Shown: positions 39,706-53,590, counted from the first letter of the whole stretch. The stretch is DNA of 60,882 nucleotides, filler included, from Rhabdomonas costata (GCA_019059605.1; 17 parts of 17 records of this genome joined end to end with filler, not necessarily neighbours in it); one strand, 5' to 3'. Made by a program: numbers and translations. Notes: generated from the sequence alone by a model not told the origin.

Positions 39706-41396
39706 AGGCAGTGTGTGCATTCCCTTCACACCGACCAGGGAAGACATATATTTACGTATATTTACGTTCTTCGTTGGAGCGAAAAAGAAACCTAATCGGT
39801 ATCGGTCGTTCCTGCACTGAGCCTCTTTCCTCAAATGCAATGTTTTCTCGGGCTCCGCTTTCCCTTTGGAACAGCTTTTCCGAATCTCAAAGTGAGCGCC
39901 CCTTTGTTGTCCGCACGCATCGCAGTCTTGCGCCAACTTAATCCTGTACACCTGCTTGCTTGTGTTGCTGAAGACCAGGCGATGGGCCTGTTGCATTTGG
40001 AGGGTTGCGATGAAGGTGGTTGTGATGGGTTGCAGGACGCGATCAGAGGACTGTTGCTCTGGAGCTGCCCACCCAGGCCTCGGCCAAGGCTCTGGTGCAG
40101 AATATTCTGGACAATTACATGCGTTTCTTGACCCCGGAAAACACCTTCATTGTGAAGTATCTCCATCTGTGGGAAGTTGCAGCACCGTGAAGGGTGATTG
40201 AGTTGAGTGATTGGCTCTTCAACTTAGGAAGGACTTGCAGGAAAATTCTCATGTCCTAAGGTCCACGTGCAAACATCAAGCAGCAACAAAAGTCAAGCAA
40301 AGAAAGGGAGGGGTGATCACATCATGGAACAGAACTGTTGACTTGGGAGGAGATATAGCACAGTTAAGGAGAGGAGATCTGACGACCAGCGAATGGTAGG
40401 GGGCGGTCGGACAAGAGAAAGGTTGAAGAACGTAAAGGCAAGGGTGCGAATTGTTTTCAGTCGAGGACACACCCCGTTATCCCCCCCTCCTTTCTGAATG
40501 TTTAACCCTTGCATGCATTCGTTTTCAACTTGAAGATTGTCACTCATTGCAAGCAGAATCCACGAGCAACTGGGCGACAGACTTTTCTTTTGCGGTACAA
40601 TGCATTTGGGTGGCGTGGCAGCAACCCCCCACCCCCCTTCGTGTATTTTTCCTTTTGCTGCAGGCATGATGAAGTTGAAAAGTACTTTAGGGGCTAACGC
40701 GCTCCGGAAGGACCGTCTGGGTCCTTGCAGGCTCGCAGGACTGCCTGGTGCGCAGCGGAGTGTGGAAGACAACCACTACTTGGCGTGGTCTCCGCTATGT
40801 CTCTGGTGACTGGACGGGCGGCAAGCCATCTGCAATCCTCGTACAACTGTCAATTAGTTCCTGCCGACTAGACCTGTAGAATTGATCTGTACTGTGTCAC
40901 TGTTGCCCCTTGGGCCTTTTTTCTTTTGGATCGTATAGCAGCTCTGTTTTCAAGAAAAATATTGGGAAAGGTTTCCCGGTACTTATTCGGATCATGGAAT
41001 CATTCTTCAGCATGCAGGTTACCAACGATTATACAGGGCCACGCCTTGCATCTCATCACAACTTTCCCCATCAAACCAGTGCACACCCGTGCCTTTGGTC
41101 TTTTGTTGGTCATGGACCTTGATTTCAATGTCCATTGAAGTATTACAGCTTGTGTTTTTTCTGAACTCATTTTCCGCCTGTGTGAACTCTCGGGCGAAGG
41201 GGCACCCAGATTTCAAACTGACGGTGGCAACCGCAGCGCAGCCCACACTTATCCTCATTTTCACGTCAACTAACACCACATTTGTCTAAACTCGCCAAAC
41301 TTGGCTTCCTTGTCAGAGCCTTTTTTCAAGCATCACCTGTACCTGTTTGTAAGCGTGTGAAATGTCTCGAGGCTGCGCTCAGTGATCGGTGCGGTC

Positions 41397-42830
41397 ATGG
41401 AGGGCACTCCCAGCAGCAGGGGCCCCTCCCCTGTACCGCCGCGCAGGAAGGCTGGGCAGCCCACCCTAGGGCAGATCTGCCCACGAGCCTTGCGCCACGA
41501 GGAGCTCACCCGGCAGCTGCAAGAGCGCCAGGCCGAATTTGCGGAGGCTCAGCGGGTGGCCATGGGCCGAGTGCAGGCGTTGAGCTCCGAAGGCGACGAC
41601 CAGGAGGACGAGTCCCAGAGCTATCTTCGTCTCCAGGAGAAGGTTAATTCTGAACGACAACAAAGAAGAAGGAGAAGAAGAAAGGATCAACGCAATGAGC
41701 AGCCTGCTCATTCCGTTGATCCGCTCACTGCCACCTGCTGTGCGAGTTTTGGAAGGAATAGACGAGATTTCATAGCTTTTTTTGTGTATCGATACTTTCC
41801 GTGTACCTTTTTCATTGCGTCGCTTATTCAGTGGTGCCCTCGGTGTGGTTTTCAATGTCAAATGTGGTACTATAGTTGTACAGGTGCGCATCTGTGAGGT
41901 TGCCGGTGGTGACCACTCTCCTTGTGGTCCTGGACATTGAATTTTTGGGGAGTGGGCAGCTAGGAGTCGAGTCATTGACGGGTAAGAGAAGGCGCTGGAT
42001 TGCCACATCCGCAGGTGGTGCAACGTGGTCATGCCGTTCTTGCAGCGGTTGGGTCTCAACACCAAAGGCATTTTACAATTGGAAATATTGATGTGGGGTG
42101 CAAAGGCAAGCAGAGTGAAAACGGTCGAAACATATTATGTTATGCCACTTTCGTTGTACCACACTATTCCCGCTCTCGCGCTGAAAGGATCTAATCGGCA
42201 GTGCTTGCGTGGTTCTCCAAGTTTCCCCCCACTTTTACTGCCATTGGCGACAACAAAACATGAAATATTCGGAGAGAGACTCAAACCCCAATGATGGATT
42301 AGCTCTCTGTTTTGTATAAAATTAGAAAATCCTTTTCTCTTCCGCAGGTCTTCAGTATTAAACCTTTTGAGGGCTTCACGGAAGGTCACTTGTTTCTCAT
42401 CTTATGGGAAGTGTGTGCTCGGGTCATCACGCGTATGAGGGTGAACCAATCGCTGCACCATCACCCTCTGATCCGCTTCTTTCCAATGGCCACCCTCAAC
42501 AACAGGTCTGTGGATTTGTTGTATTAGTTCTTTTGCATTTCTATGTTTTTTTTGGCTCATCTGTTGTTAGCCTGAAATGATATCTTGTTTGACATATGCT
42601 GCCAGGCTTCTCGTATCATGGATTTCGCGGCACGCATAGCACATAGCAACACGTGCATGCGTGGCCCGAGGTGATTTTGTACTGTTTTGTTCGTATCAAC
42701 GATGAACTGGGTACGTCCTGTTCAAGTAGGTCACGTGATTTGTGGCCAATACTGGTTCATAATCTAAAAGCAATCAAGGATTGCTCAAAGCATCCCTATG
42801 GGACTTCATGTTGCGGACGATGAAGGATGA
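41397..42830 (+). CDS. Hypothetical protein with N-terminal coiled coil
   Basis: Phase-consistent exons 41397-41642 (EELTRQLQERQAEFAEAQR), 42015-42047 (33 nt) and 42348-42505, with a probable last exon at about 42779-42830. Confidence 0.55.
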
Positions 42831-43129
42831 ACGATGAGGAAGACGTCGAGTTGAACCTCACACTGAGATCATTCAGGAACTGGGAGCCCTACTGGGTTAA
42901 GCATCTAGCTCTTGGGTCTTTTTGTCTCTGGTTTGCTCGGTTGCGTGATTGGCTTGCGCGTAGAGCCAACCCACANNNNNNNNNNNNNNNNNNNNNNNNN
43001 NNNNNNNNNNNNNNNNNNNTTAATTAATTAANNNNNNNNNNNNNNNNNNNNNNNNNNNNNNNNNNNNNNNNNNNNTTGTGTGGGACGTCGGCATGACACA
43101 GATGTCAGAAAGCCGCCCTGCTGCGAGGC

Positions 43130-45065
43130 AGACATACTCAAGTTCTTCAAACCGCAGCTTGAGCTTGCCGCAAAAATTGTCCTCGTCTTGCGATGCCAAC
43201 TGAACGCAAAGCGAGATAAGCATCGGTTTGGAGCTACACCAGAGGTCATGCGCATCAAGCAGCATCACGAAAAAGATGCCGCGATGATTGTTGTTTGTGT
43301 ATTTGCTCCGAAATGGACACTGGCATCCCGTTTGTGAGGGCATGCCAGGAGATCGGTTTGCTTATATTCAAAAAAAACGATTAAGTGTTTATGGGAGACA
43401 ATGTGACAAAGAAAGACATCTTTGGCGTTTACGAATAGGATGTATCCCGCTTCACATTAGAAGCGAAGGTTTTTCACCCAACAAAGAATCTTGTTGTAAA
43501 ATAGAAAACACGGAAGCGAACAGGGGAAATTCCTATTTCGGTTATTTTCACATTCCTCTCTTATTACTGCTGTCAAGCCCCAAAAATCTTTTGTAAAAAC
43601 AATGGTTCTCCCTTTGTTAAAGGGAGGCGGGCCTTCTCCCACAGACCTCAGCATTCAGCAGAGCAGAGCAAACTTCTTGACCCTCACCATCCAAATTGGG
43701 CACCTTAGCAAAAGCCCAAGAGCTCAGCTGGCCACATCTCAGGTGCAGTGCATCCCCGGACTGAGGGTGGTGAGGGTGGCGTCCCTCAACCGACCTCGCT
43801 GTATGGAGAGAAATTGCTGACCTCCAACTCCCCCCTTAAATACACCTGATACTTCCGCAGTGCTTGGAGCTCCAGTTGGAGTTGGTTCATATTCAACTCC
43901 TGCTGCACAACCACCCTGCGAGCGATGGGAAATAAGTGCCAAGCAAGGTGCGTGGGGTGCAACAGTGCACTGGGTGGGAAGCAGCACCTCGAACGTAAAA
44001 GTTTCTCAGCATTCCCAGCTGAATTCTTTGTTTGATCGGTATACGCTGTCAAGTCTTCTGGGCATTCTACAAGATGCATATGGCGAGCCATAATAATCCG
44101 AGGGGTACCCTGTTTCATTCACATAAACGCCTAAAACCGCGTGCTTCTGGGCATAGTACGTCTCCCACAACGCTGCGGAACCTGTCCTCTTTCGGGGCAG
44201 CGGGGCAGCTAAAAAAGCTGATAAAGCAGCCAAAACCGCGGGGTGCGCCCCCAGAATCATTCTGAGGACGTCTAGCCACTGTGACGCTTCTTCTCGCAAC
44301 GGCTTTTTGTGCTCAAGAGCATTGAAGCTGACATCTATCCGACCAAACATTGGACGGCAAAATTGGGGTTCACAGCAGAGGTTGCGGCGCGGTGGGGTGC
44401 ATACGCATCCTTGCGACTGAGTTCCTCCCGAGAGTCCTTGAGCTCCTCCTCGAGTTTCTTCAGTTGACAGTCTCGCTTTTCCGCCGTTGCGCAGTTTCAG
44501 CGATACCGACGATAATGGCAAGCAGGTGACCCGCAACCCGGGAGACAAGTGGATGACGTACGGTCCCAGGGAGTACGTCCCAAAGGTCTCCTTCTGGGGT
44601 TCCTGCCGGGGTTCCTGCCTAGATCTAGGATGAGGGTTAGCAGGTGCGGCGGTTATGCTGTTACCTGAAGGATCCTCACTGCACTTCTCCTCTTCCCCGC
44701 TCAGCCAGCGCTGACTGGATTTCCTCCTGGCTGAGTTTGCCTGTGAGCGAATACTTTGCTTGATTCTTGCTTCGGGTCTTTTTTGTTCCTTGTAATGGTT
44801 GGCAATCCACTGAACGTTCACATAGGTATGCATGAATACAAGCTTCCGTTGTTGTGGCAGGTGGAGACCGCAATATGTCCTTGCTCAGATTTTTTCTCTG
44901 GGGATGTTGTGCGGTGCTGGGAGTGTTTCCTTGCGTCTGCAGACCTCAGTTACTGTGGTCGAGGTCCGGAGGGCGATTCCCCTGGACCAGAACGAGGGTG
45001 TGCACGTGTGTATGGCTCTTCAGCATACGTGCTTTTCCGTGATGTCCCCAGGATCCAGAGGAGAT
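43130..45065 (-). CDS. Hypothetical multi-exon protein
   Basis: AG/GT-bounded open blocks such as EEASQWLDVLRMILGAHP..., PRIIMARHMHLVECPEDL..., QQELNMNQLQLELQALRKYQ and LASQDEDNFCGKLKLRFEELE. No family recognised. Confidence 0.45.
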
Positions 45066-47064
45066 CTCAGCCATTGCCTTTGGTGTGAAATATCGTCATA
45101 TGTCGCTGCACGTCGCACGATGTAGATGCAGTTCACCATCACGCAGACCCTTTTCTGCTTGATGATCATGGTTATGCCTGTGCTCAGGGATCTATGTGCG
45201 AGATACTCGCACGGGTCAAGTTCGAGCCGTCATTGGAGGGACTTACATGTTGGCCCCAGGTGCTGCATCCTCCCCCCCAACCCATCCAGCCTATGTCATG
45301 CAGGGATTTCCTTAGTCTTATCTCCAAAAGACAATACCCTCGAATTCCAATAGCTTTGCTGCTACTTACGCCGTTATCTCGATTAAGGGCCCAAGGCTGA
45401 GAAATCAAAGAGCGCTTTTGTGGCTTTGGGAAGGTTTTGGTGGCTGGAATTCATTTCTAGCTGGGCCTCAGCGAATGGTGTCACTGGCTACATTGTGGGT
45501 GGAGGTCAAGTCGTGACTCGGACGGAGCGGGGCATTCGCCGCGGTCCTGTGTGGTGGTGGTGGGGGCATGCAAAAATTTTGCTTGCGGCGTTTAGCGGCG
45601 TTAAATGTTAACACTGCTAAACGCATAACGGCGCTAAACGTTTGTCACCCTTAAACACCAACAATTCGTGTAAAGGTATATTCATATCGCGTGGGTTGGG
45701 CAAAACGTGCATACACCCACCAGATAACGCTATTTTTCGAAAGGAGGTTGAATATAGTGTTCTGCTGCTTCCTAGTTATCTCTTTTCGGGGTTTGAAGAA
45801 TTTTCGCCCGTTTAACGTCTACCTCTCCTGCTTATCCCTGTTTTTTTGCGGCATATTTGCCTCCTCAGCAGAGCAATTCCCTGAACGTTGTTGCTGTCAG
45901 TGTGATGTGGCCTTTCCGTTTAGCAGAGTAAAGCATTTAGCGCCCCCCCCCTCCTCCCCATACGGCGGAACAGTGGCATAGACCCTCGCTGTTACGGAGC
46001 ACTCTGCAATGATGAGGAGAAAGGCACCAGTGATGACCGATGACAATGATTTGGGATGAGTAACAGTGGTCAGTAACATGTGATGACCTTGTGCCTCAGA
46101 TGAGGAGCTGTGGGCCAAGGAGATTCCCCCGGTGGTGCTGCAGCTGCTAGAGAAGCAAGGGGGGCAACAGGGTGCCACCGCTTCGAACGTGCCGGTTCCC
46201 AAGCCCGCCGCCAAGGGCCGCCCTTCCGGAGCCTCTCGAGACCCCACTCGCGTGGGTATGCCCAAGACACGCGCACACACACATGTTGAGCTATGAAACA
46301 GGCGAAAAATCCCTTACACCGTTGAATGGAGGCTTGTTGAGCACCGCGCTTGCTAAATAGGGAGCACAATGTCCGGTCCCCGATGGGTTGGAAGGCTCTT
46401 GCGGAAGTAGAAGAAACACTGCGAGCGTGTGGGAGAATAAAAACACCTTACACCGCTGCTGTTCTGTGTTTCTGTTTTCGGATTTTTTTACTGTCTGCAA
46501 AGAATTAACTAGGGGTGACCATTGCAGTCTACATTTCCGGCACGCGACCAACCACANNNNNNNNNNNNNNNNNNNNNNNNNNNNNNNNNNNNNNNNNNNN
46601 TTAATTAATTAANNNNNNNNNNNNNNNNNNNNNNNNNNNNNNNNNNNNNNNNNNNNGTTGTTGGGTATACCACCATGGCTGCGTGCCTGGGAAGCCATGA
46701 TTTTCCTTGGGAAAGGAGAGGAGGGTCTTGGGAATCATGGATGGGGGAGACGATGCAGACAAAGTCACACAATATGAATATAATGGGGCACGGGCACAGG
46801 GATTTCATGCACGGGAGCGGCGGGGGGAGCCCTTCACCCGAAGGATGGGGTGTGGCCCGCAACCGGGCGCATCCGCCCCATCACCTGGACTGCTACTACG
46901 ACTACAATCGACACCATCGGCGCAGCCTCCGGCCGCGGTCTCAGAGCACAAGGGCAACGGAGGCAGCACCCCCGCAACGTTGACGATGCGGAAGCGCACC
47001 ACACGCATAGGAAGGGGGCTGGAGGCCGTCGAGCGGAACGAGGCCTTCCCCTATGGTCATGTGA

Positions 47065-47297
47065 GTGTGAGTGTGTTTGTGTGCGTGTTGGGACACCGCG
47101 CTTTGGTTGTTGTCTGATTGACTGTTGGTGACCGCTGTTGGCCACACGGATGCTCATATACAATACGACATACAATCGGAGCGAACGGTGCACTGAGGTA
47201 CCGGTTAAGTGCCGAGCGGTCCTCGCACGGTACCCTCCCTTTCTGCCCCAAGGGTCCCCGACCTTTGTCGCGCAGCTGGTTTCCACCGGCTACCCGT
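47065..47297 (+). repeat. Dispersed repeat family A, ~230-bp copy
   Basis: Colinear similarity to 36455-36720. Confidence 0.8.
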
Positions 47298-48024
47298 CCT
47301 CCGGGTTTCCTTCTCTTCTTGAAATGCTCACCATTGAATTTTCCTTCGGATGTGTGAACAGGGAGCAGTTGGTATCTGCACGCGTTGCCATGCCAGCACA
47401 TCACTCCATGGTTGCATTGCGGCCTCTTTCTGCCGTTTCTCGCTGAATTTCCTTTATGTCGGGGCTGGATCAGTGAGTCTCCGCTCAGGTGAGTCTGAGG
47501 GCACCTTCGATTCCGTTGGTGGCAACACAAAAGGCTCTGATTTCTTGAGGTGGACCGCTACTTCCTGCGCACTGAATCCGTCTGTACCGGTTCGTACCGG
47601 GCGCCGAATCTCCGGCGTATGAATGGATGGGACATGGTTGACACTTGCAGACTCCCACGTCAGTTCCTGGGGCACACATCGCTGTCTTTCGCTTCTATCC
47701 CCTGTAGTTTTTTCATCACCCCCTTACAACTTCCGAGTGGACATCGAAAATTTTGTGGAGGCACCGGGGCGACGGAGGATTCAATCAGCCCTTGAACCAC
47801 AGTGCAGTGGTAGGGGAGGGCAAAAGCAAGCATAAAGCGGGCCGTGCTCGTCGGGTGGCACCGCACGCACCGCGGAGCTGCAATGTCCTTTAAGGTTTCG
47901 TTTCGTTGCTACTATTGCAAAAGACCGGAAAATACGCATCGGGCAGGGCACGACAAAAAGCGAAGACAGCTCCGATGTGCAGGAGGGAGTTTGCAAAATG
48001 ATGGCAAACCACACCTTCCACTCG

Positions 48025-49048
48025 CCGGCAGTAGCTATGGGGGAAGACGCTGGGGAGGCGCCAGCCTGGGCGGTGAGGATGGCCCTGACCCACTCCCGGT
48101 GCTGCTCCTCAGTATCCGTGCGGAGGTGCACGCATCGGCCTCCGTGCTGCGCGCACATCAAAGTTAGCCGCAGCGGTGCCGGCTGCTGCAGATCCACCCC
48201 CTCTAAGGGCACAATTTTCACTGCGGGAAGGGGAGAAAACACACCCGCCTCAATACATTGCTTCCGGTGCTTTGGTTTGTTTCGCTGAAGTGCCTTTTGC
48301 AGTTACGGGGCCAGTGCTGGTGCGGAAACCTAGTGCTAGGCTGGACCGCAAGCCATAAACATAAAATTAAGGGTCTCATCCATTTTTTTGTGGTGGGGGC
48401 GGGGCGGGGCGTGAACGTTCACCACTGCTAAAGGGTCTTAAATTTTCTAAACTTTTTCTTTCGAAGCTTAACAAATCACGACGCAAGATTGGCACGATTA
48501 CTGCAGCAACATGGACACAAATCTCCAGTGCGTTCCATTTTATACGAGTTCGTTTGTTTTGCGAGAAATTCAGTCATTTGCACTGAGAAACGGAGCATCC
48601 ACCATAGGGAACGTCCCAGCGAAGCCGCCGTTCGTGCCGCGCGCACACTGGCGTCCACCCCAAAAATAATCAGGTCCCATTTTCTCTCAAGGCCCAGCAC
48701 AACTCCAACAGTTACCAAAGATAAAAAGACCCCCCCCCAAGCCCAAATCAAGGTACATAACAGGAGGGGGGGGATCAAATCAGTGCTAATGCGAACCGTA
48801 AAAAAACAGGAGCCGCTATCCAAAAACAAGAGCGAATAGGAACCAAGCAGATGACACCTCCTTCCACCGCCTCAATCCCGAAAAGGCGGCTCTCTCAAAC
48901 CATTTCCCACGCATGTGCACACCGTCGTGTGAGGTTGGCGAGGGCGCAATCGATAGCACCCCGTCAACCTCGTCCAGCTGCACGTAGCACCGCTGCCACA
49001 GCACCAGAGCCTTCCGCACGCTCATCACACCATACATTTTTGCGACCC
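48025..49048 (-). CDS. Pleckstrin-homology (PH) domain protein, 5' exons (further exons likely down to ~46860)
   Basis: Exon 49048-48923 (MYGVMSVRKALVLWQRCYVQLD...VLSI) joins in phase to exon 48220-~48025 (KIVPLEG...VHLRTDTEEQHREWVRAIL), the PH C-terminal helix with its conserved Trp. Confidence 0.8.
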
Positions 49049-49458
49049 CTCAAAAGAAGAATTGGGAAGAAGAGGTATACAAAACGACTGGTCTGACCTT
49101 CTTCGGTTTCCAGTGAAAAGAAAGTCGACTGTTTGTCTGTGTTGACGAGTGGGGTGGGGGACTGCTCAGAATAGAGCAACGGAAAAAATTAGGAACTTAC
49201 CACTCCCTGGGGAAAAGATGGATGCAACCAAAAAGCAACGGTGCACATAAAATCACTCTAGATCATTTTTACTCCCAATCACAGGCGCGCTATCTTTCCG
49301 ACCACCCCTGTGTCCTCACCCAACGGCGGCTGTCCCCCGGTATTTGGGAAACATGGGAAACGCACATATGCAATCCCCAAGACCTCTCCAGGTGTCAATG
49401 CGAGGGTGGTCTTCTTCTCTTTTCTTCACTTCTTTTTGGCTGTGAATATGCGGTTCAC

Positions 49459-49599
49459 ATGGAATTCCACGACAATAATCACAATCACAATCACGACAAC
49501 TCGAGCAATGGCGTCGGACCTGCTGGCAACAACCAGCCCAGCACATTCGATGTCCCCATTCCCCCCGCCGCAATAAACTTCTTTGCCGAGGGGTTGCAG
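49459..49599 (+). CDS. Probable first exon of a hypothetical gene, divergent from the PH gene
   Basis: ATG, an Asn/His-rich 47-codon frame, and a textbook CAG|gtgagt donor. Confidence 0.5.
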
Positions 49600-50245
49600 G
49601 TGAGTCTTAATGTGCATCGGAATGTTCTGTAGTGGCCGCAGCAGACAAACAAAAGCGCAGGAGCACGCTGCCAGCCACACGAGAGAGCGAAGGACGGAGA
49701 AAAAACTCGGTTTATTGGATGCATGCCTGGTTGCCTGGTTGGTGTGTGTGGGTGGTTGGGTGGGGTTCTCAAGTGGGGCAGAGGAGTTGTGCGCTGTTCA
49801 ATGCCCCCATCCCCGAGGGGAGGAGGAAGCGATGAATGTTCCTTCCCAATGTCAATTCCGTCCCCCCTCCCAAGTCAGGAAAGGCGGTTAGGAGGCCACA
49901 CATGTGATATAGCGACACATGTGCAGGTGGGACTACCGACCATTTTGAGCACAACCCTCCCGTTGCACAACCCCACCCGCGCCTCATGAGAACCCCGATA
50001 TGGTAACTGGAACAAACGGAAAAAAATGGAACGAAGGCCTGCACAAAGCAAAGCGGAGGGAGGGAGTAAGACGGAAGAGGACACCGTTACTGTCACCACC
50101 GCTCCCCTTTCACCCCATATGCCCCACAGTGCAAAGGGANNNNNNNNNNNNNNNNNNNNNNNNNNNNNNNNNNNNNNNNNNNNTTAATTAATTAANNNNN
50201 NNNNNNNNNNNNNNNNNNNNNNNNNNNNNNNNNNNNNNNTAGGTG

Positions 50246-50392
50246 GTTGGGATGACGCCCACATCTTTTGCTTACTGCCATCAATGACAAGCAACAGGAC
50301 GAATGCGAGAGAAAAGAGGCAGGAGGGAATATCAACAATGAAACCGTCGACACTGAATGGCAGTAAGCAAAAGATGTGGGCGTCATCCCAAC
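50246..50392. repeat. Perfect 36-bp inverted repeat (50246-50281 / 50357-50392) at a contig start
   Basis: gttgggatgacgcccacatcttttgcttactgccat and its exact reverse complement, with a 75-nt loop. Confidence 0.95.
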
Positions 50393-51394
50393 AACATTCC
50401 AAATCCAACCAACTTATTCTTCACATCCACCGCCGCAGTTATCCACAGCGGATTGCTCGCACCTTCAGCAAATGCATCGGGTCCTGGGTAAACAGGTTAC
50501 TTATCTCTTCACTGCATTTATTCGTACAACACATGAGCTACCAAAAACAAGGCTGCTAACAGACAGAACCCTTTCTAAGGCCGTCCACGCCTTTCCTAAG
50601 GCAGTCCATGCAGCGCCCACAAGGAGGCCGCGGCGCTTCCGTCGCTGTGTCGGCTTCACGGCTGCCCGTGAGACCCACGCACAGAAGCTCCGCTGCAGCT
50701 ATCGCCGCAAAGGCCGACAAAGACGAAGAGTCAGATGAGTGTTCATTCGGCTCTCGCTGAAGCAAATTCTCGCAATTGCGCCCGAAGTCCATTGTGACAG
50801 GAAGGCTGAGGGATAGCGAGAATCATTACGCAACACAACCCAATCAACAACAATGCAAATTCAGAGTATTTCAAAAGCCCCATGAGAAGTGAGTGGATAT
50901 GCACTGAAGACTAAGAATCACAACTGGCAGCGCAGCAGCAGATGCCCACTGTTCACTGGATAACGGCAAAAGGAAAAAAGAGGCAGCAATATGTAGTGCA
51001 TGAAAACCCTCCGAACGATAAGTACAGAAATCGGAAAATGACTGAATGAGGACAAATTGCACAAGGTCCAGACAAATTGAACAAGTTCTGTTATAAATGA
51101 GGTCGTCGAATGTATAGACTTGGAACGATGGCAGAAGTGCCCGAGGGTCAAGAGCGGACAAGACCTTGAGAACAGCTGAGAGCAGGTCTGCACGGCGGTC
51201 CGAGCCGCAGGTGCAGCGGCGAACTCCCATCGCTCAGGCAAACACGGAAGGGGCATCCCCAGCACCTTCGTGAGTTGACTGAAAAAACCCAACCGAACAG
51301 ACATGGCACAAAAATTAAGCAGCAAGAAAGATGAAGAGGGGATGGCAAAAGTACAGTGGTATGCCTTGTTCTGAAGTTTACGGCGAAGATGGAA

Positions 51395-53590
51395 TGCCGC
51401 AGCCGCCCTTCAGGAGTCAGCAGCACTGCGGGGCGGTACTCTAGACAAAGATTGGCGCGCTCTGTGTCGGCCCCCCGGGCACAGGCCGAGCAGCCACAGA
51501 GGAAGCCCCACTGCTGGCGCAGCAGCTCGCGGCGGTCCGCGGCGGCAGCCGGGTGGCTCAGGTACGACAGGAACACCTGTGCTAGACAAATGCACACACC
51601 CACTAACACTAAACAGGTGGGGCACCACAAAGCCAAGCGCAGCCCCAAAAAACCCTTTGCGTATTTTACCCCAAAAAAAGGTCAGAGGCCTGAAGCCACG
51701 CTGGAGAAGCGCAGGTGTTTGTGCAAATGTGCGGATTACAGTGAACGTGATGTCGAGCATGATGTTTGATTCAAAATCAGCGGAACCCTTCGAGGGGTTC
51801 GGGGATGGGGATCCACCGACCAATTACTTACCACTGTCGCAAACGAAAACCTAAGCTACCTCTAACCGAGGTCGAAGTCGCTGTCATTCCATCTGACGTG
51901 TGTATCTGGCTGAATGGCGGGCGGCTCTGTATAGACGCTGTTGACACCCCCAGTGAAAAATAAATGGACGCGCCGCTGAACTCACAGGGAAAACGTAACG
52001 CCGCTCAAACGTAAAACCGTAATAGATTCTTGTCCCATAATTTGTTTGGCTATTGTGTATGTCCATCTGGAATCATTCTGAAATGCGATCTAGGCGATCC
52101 AGATATCCCTTGCGAAGGGCCGGAAAGGGGGGACAGGGTGGGATGGAGGGGAGCAACCTGTTCTCCAACCCCCACCCCGGTCAACGTGACCACGGCCAGG
52201 TCATGATTCAAGAGAATCCGAGGCTCCACGGAGGCGTTGGGGACGCAGCTGTGGTTGAGAAAGTGGTGCAGTGGGAACAGCGCGGTCCCCACCACTGTGC
52301 TCGCCTTTTGAAGGGCCACCGAGGCCTGGCGAACCTGAGTGGCAGGCACAGCCATCGCTTGGAGTAGCCATAGAATCTCAATCCTTCAGTCAGCCAGCAA
52401 GCATACATCACATGCGCACACCGCGGTGAGGGCATCAATCGAAGATGGACAGTTCCCAGGCGCAATGGAGTTCCCCTCTGCGGTATACAAAACCCCCAGC
52501 TTGGCCTCCACGGCATTCCGGAACGGAAAAAAGGGCTGCGAGGACACCGCCTGCTGGTTCGCCGTGACCACACAGAAGGCCCACCGCACCAACCCCTGCG
52601 CACAGTTCGCCGGCGATTCGTGACAGCCCACCTGAACCGAAGAACACGTCACAGAAGAGCAGAAAAAGCCACAGCCAACATCGCCAATGAACTTTTGCTA
52701 CATTTTTACATATTGCTACATCTGCCAAAGAACTGACAGTGATCAGAGAGAGGGCCGAAGTTGGCAGCGTAGGGTTTCTGTCGCAGCAGCTTCACCTATA
52801 CAGTCACAAAGAAGTGGGGTGCCACGATGAACTCCAGGAAAATACTGTAATAACTGCGGAAAAGCGAATTACACTTTTGCGTGGCAATCTACCCAGGGAT
52901 GCTGTCGTTTTCTAGGTATGGTCGAAAACAATTCTCACATTTTGATTGTTCTGACAACACCAGTCGTGGAATTCTTGCAGTAGCAGGAGTCAGCACAAAC
53001 AAAAACAGGAAGAAGAAAGGCAAGGAAAACCAGTGTGGATTCGAATGTAGCTGATGCTTCTCTTCGGCTGGCCTCTGTGTGAACGCACTCTTCCCGCAGT
53101 CCCGTAATGGAATGATCTTGGAACCTTCAGCAGGAAGGATTCCCTTTAACTCTTGTGATTTTAAGACCTGTCGCTTGCCGCGCGGCACTTGCTGTGGGTA
53201 GGCACCTGGCTTTCCAGCAACGTGGCGACCTCGTCCACGAGTCCCCGCACACGGACACCTTCCACAACCTCCTCCAGCACAGCAGTGGGTGCGTGAAAGC
53301 TCCAGAATTCATCCCTCGCTGCAGAGGCAGCCTTTTCGAGGGGCAGGCCGTGCCGGGCCACTGCCATAGCAATCAGCCGGCAGGCAACGCGAAGGGCGTC
53401 CAGCAGAGGAAGGACACCGGCCTGGGAAGAAGGGCGGCTCCTCCACCCCGCGATGAAGTCGCGAAGGGCCGCGAAGAACGATCTCAGCAGCCCAGCGGAG
53501 AGGCACTCCACTCTGAGGACAGAGCACACAGATCTTTGAGTGCACACGACCGTCAACTGCTTTTCCAAACGCCGCTGTCGGGACCTCAGT
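51395..53590 (-). CDS. SET-domain lysine methyltransferase, SMYD-like (partial; more exons likely down to ~50556)
   Basis: GTALFPLHHFLNHSCVPNA (NHSC motif), GEQ|VFLSY, and post-SET RRELLRQQWGFLCGCSAC. Exons at about 53590-53205, 52631-52422, 52337-52158 and 51576-51395. Confidence 0.9.

Noticed and set aside
47175-47297. Apparent extra exon of the PH gene
   Set aside because: It aligns with dispersed repeat family A, so it is more likely intronic repeat.
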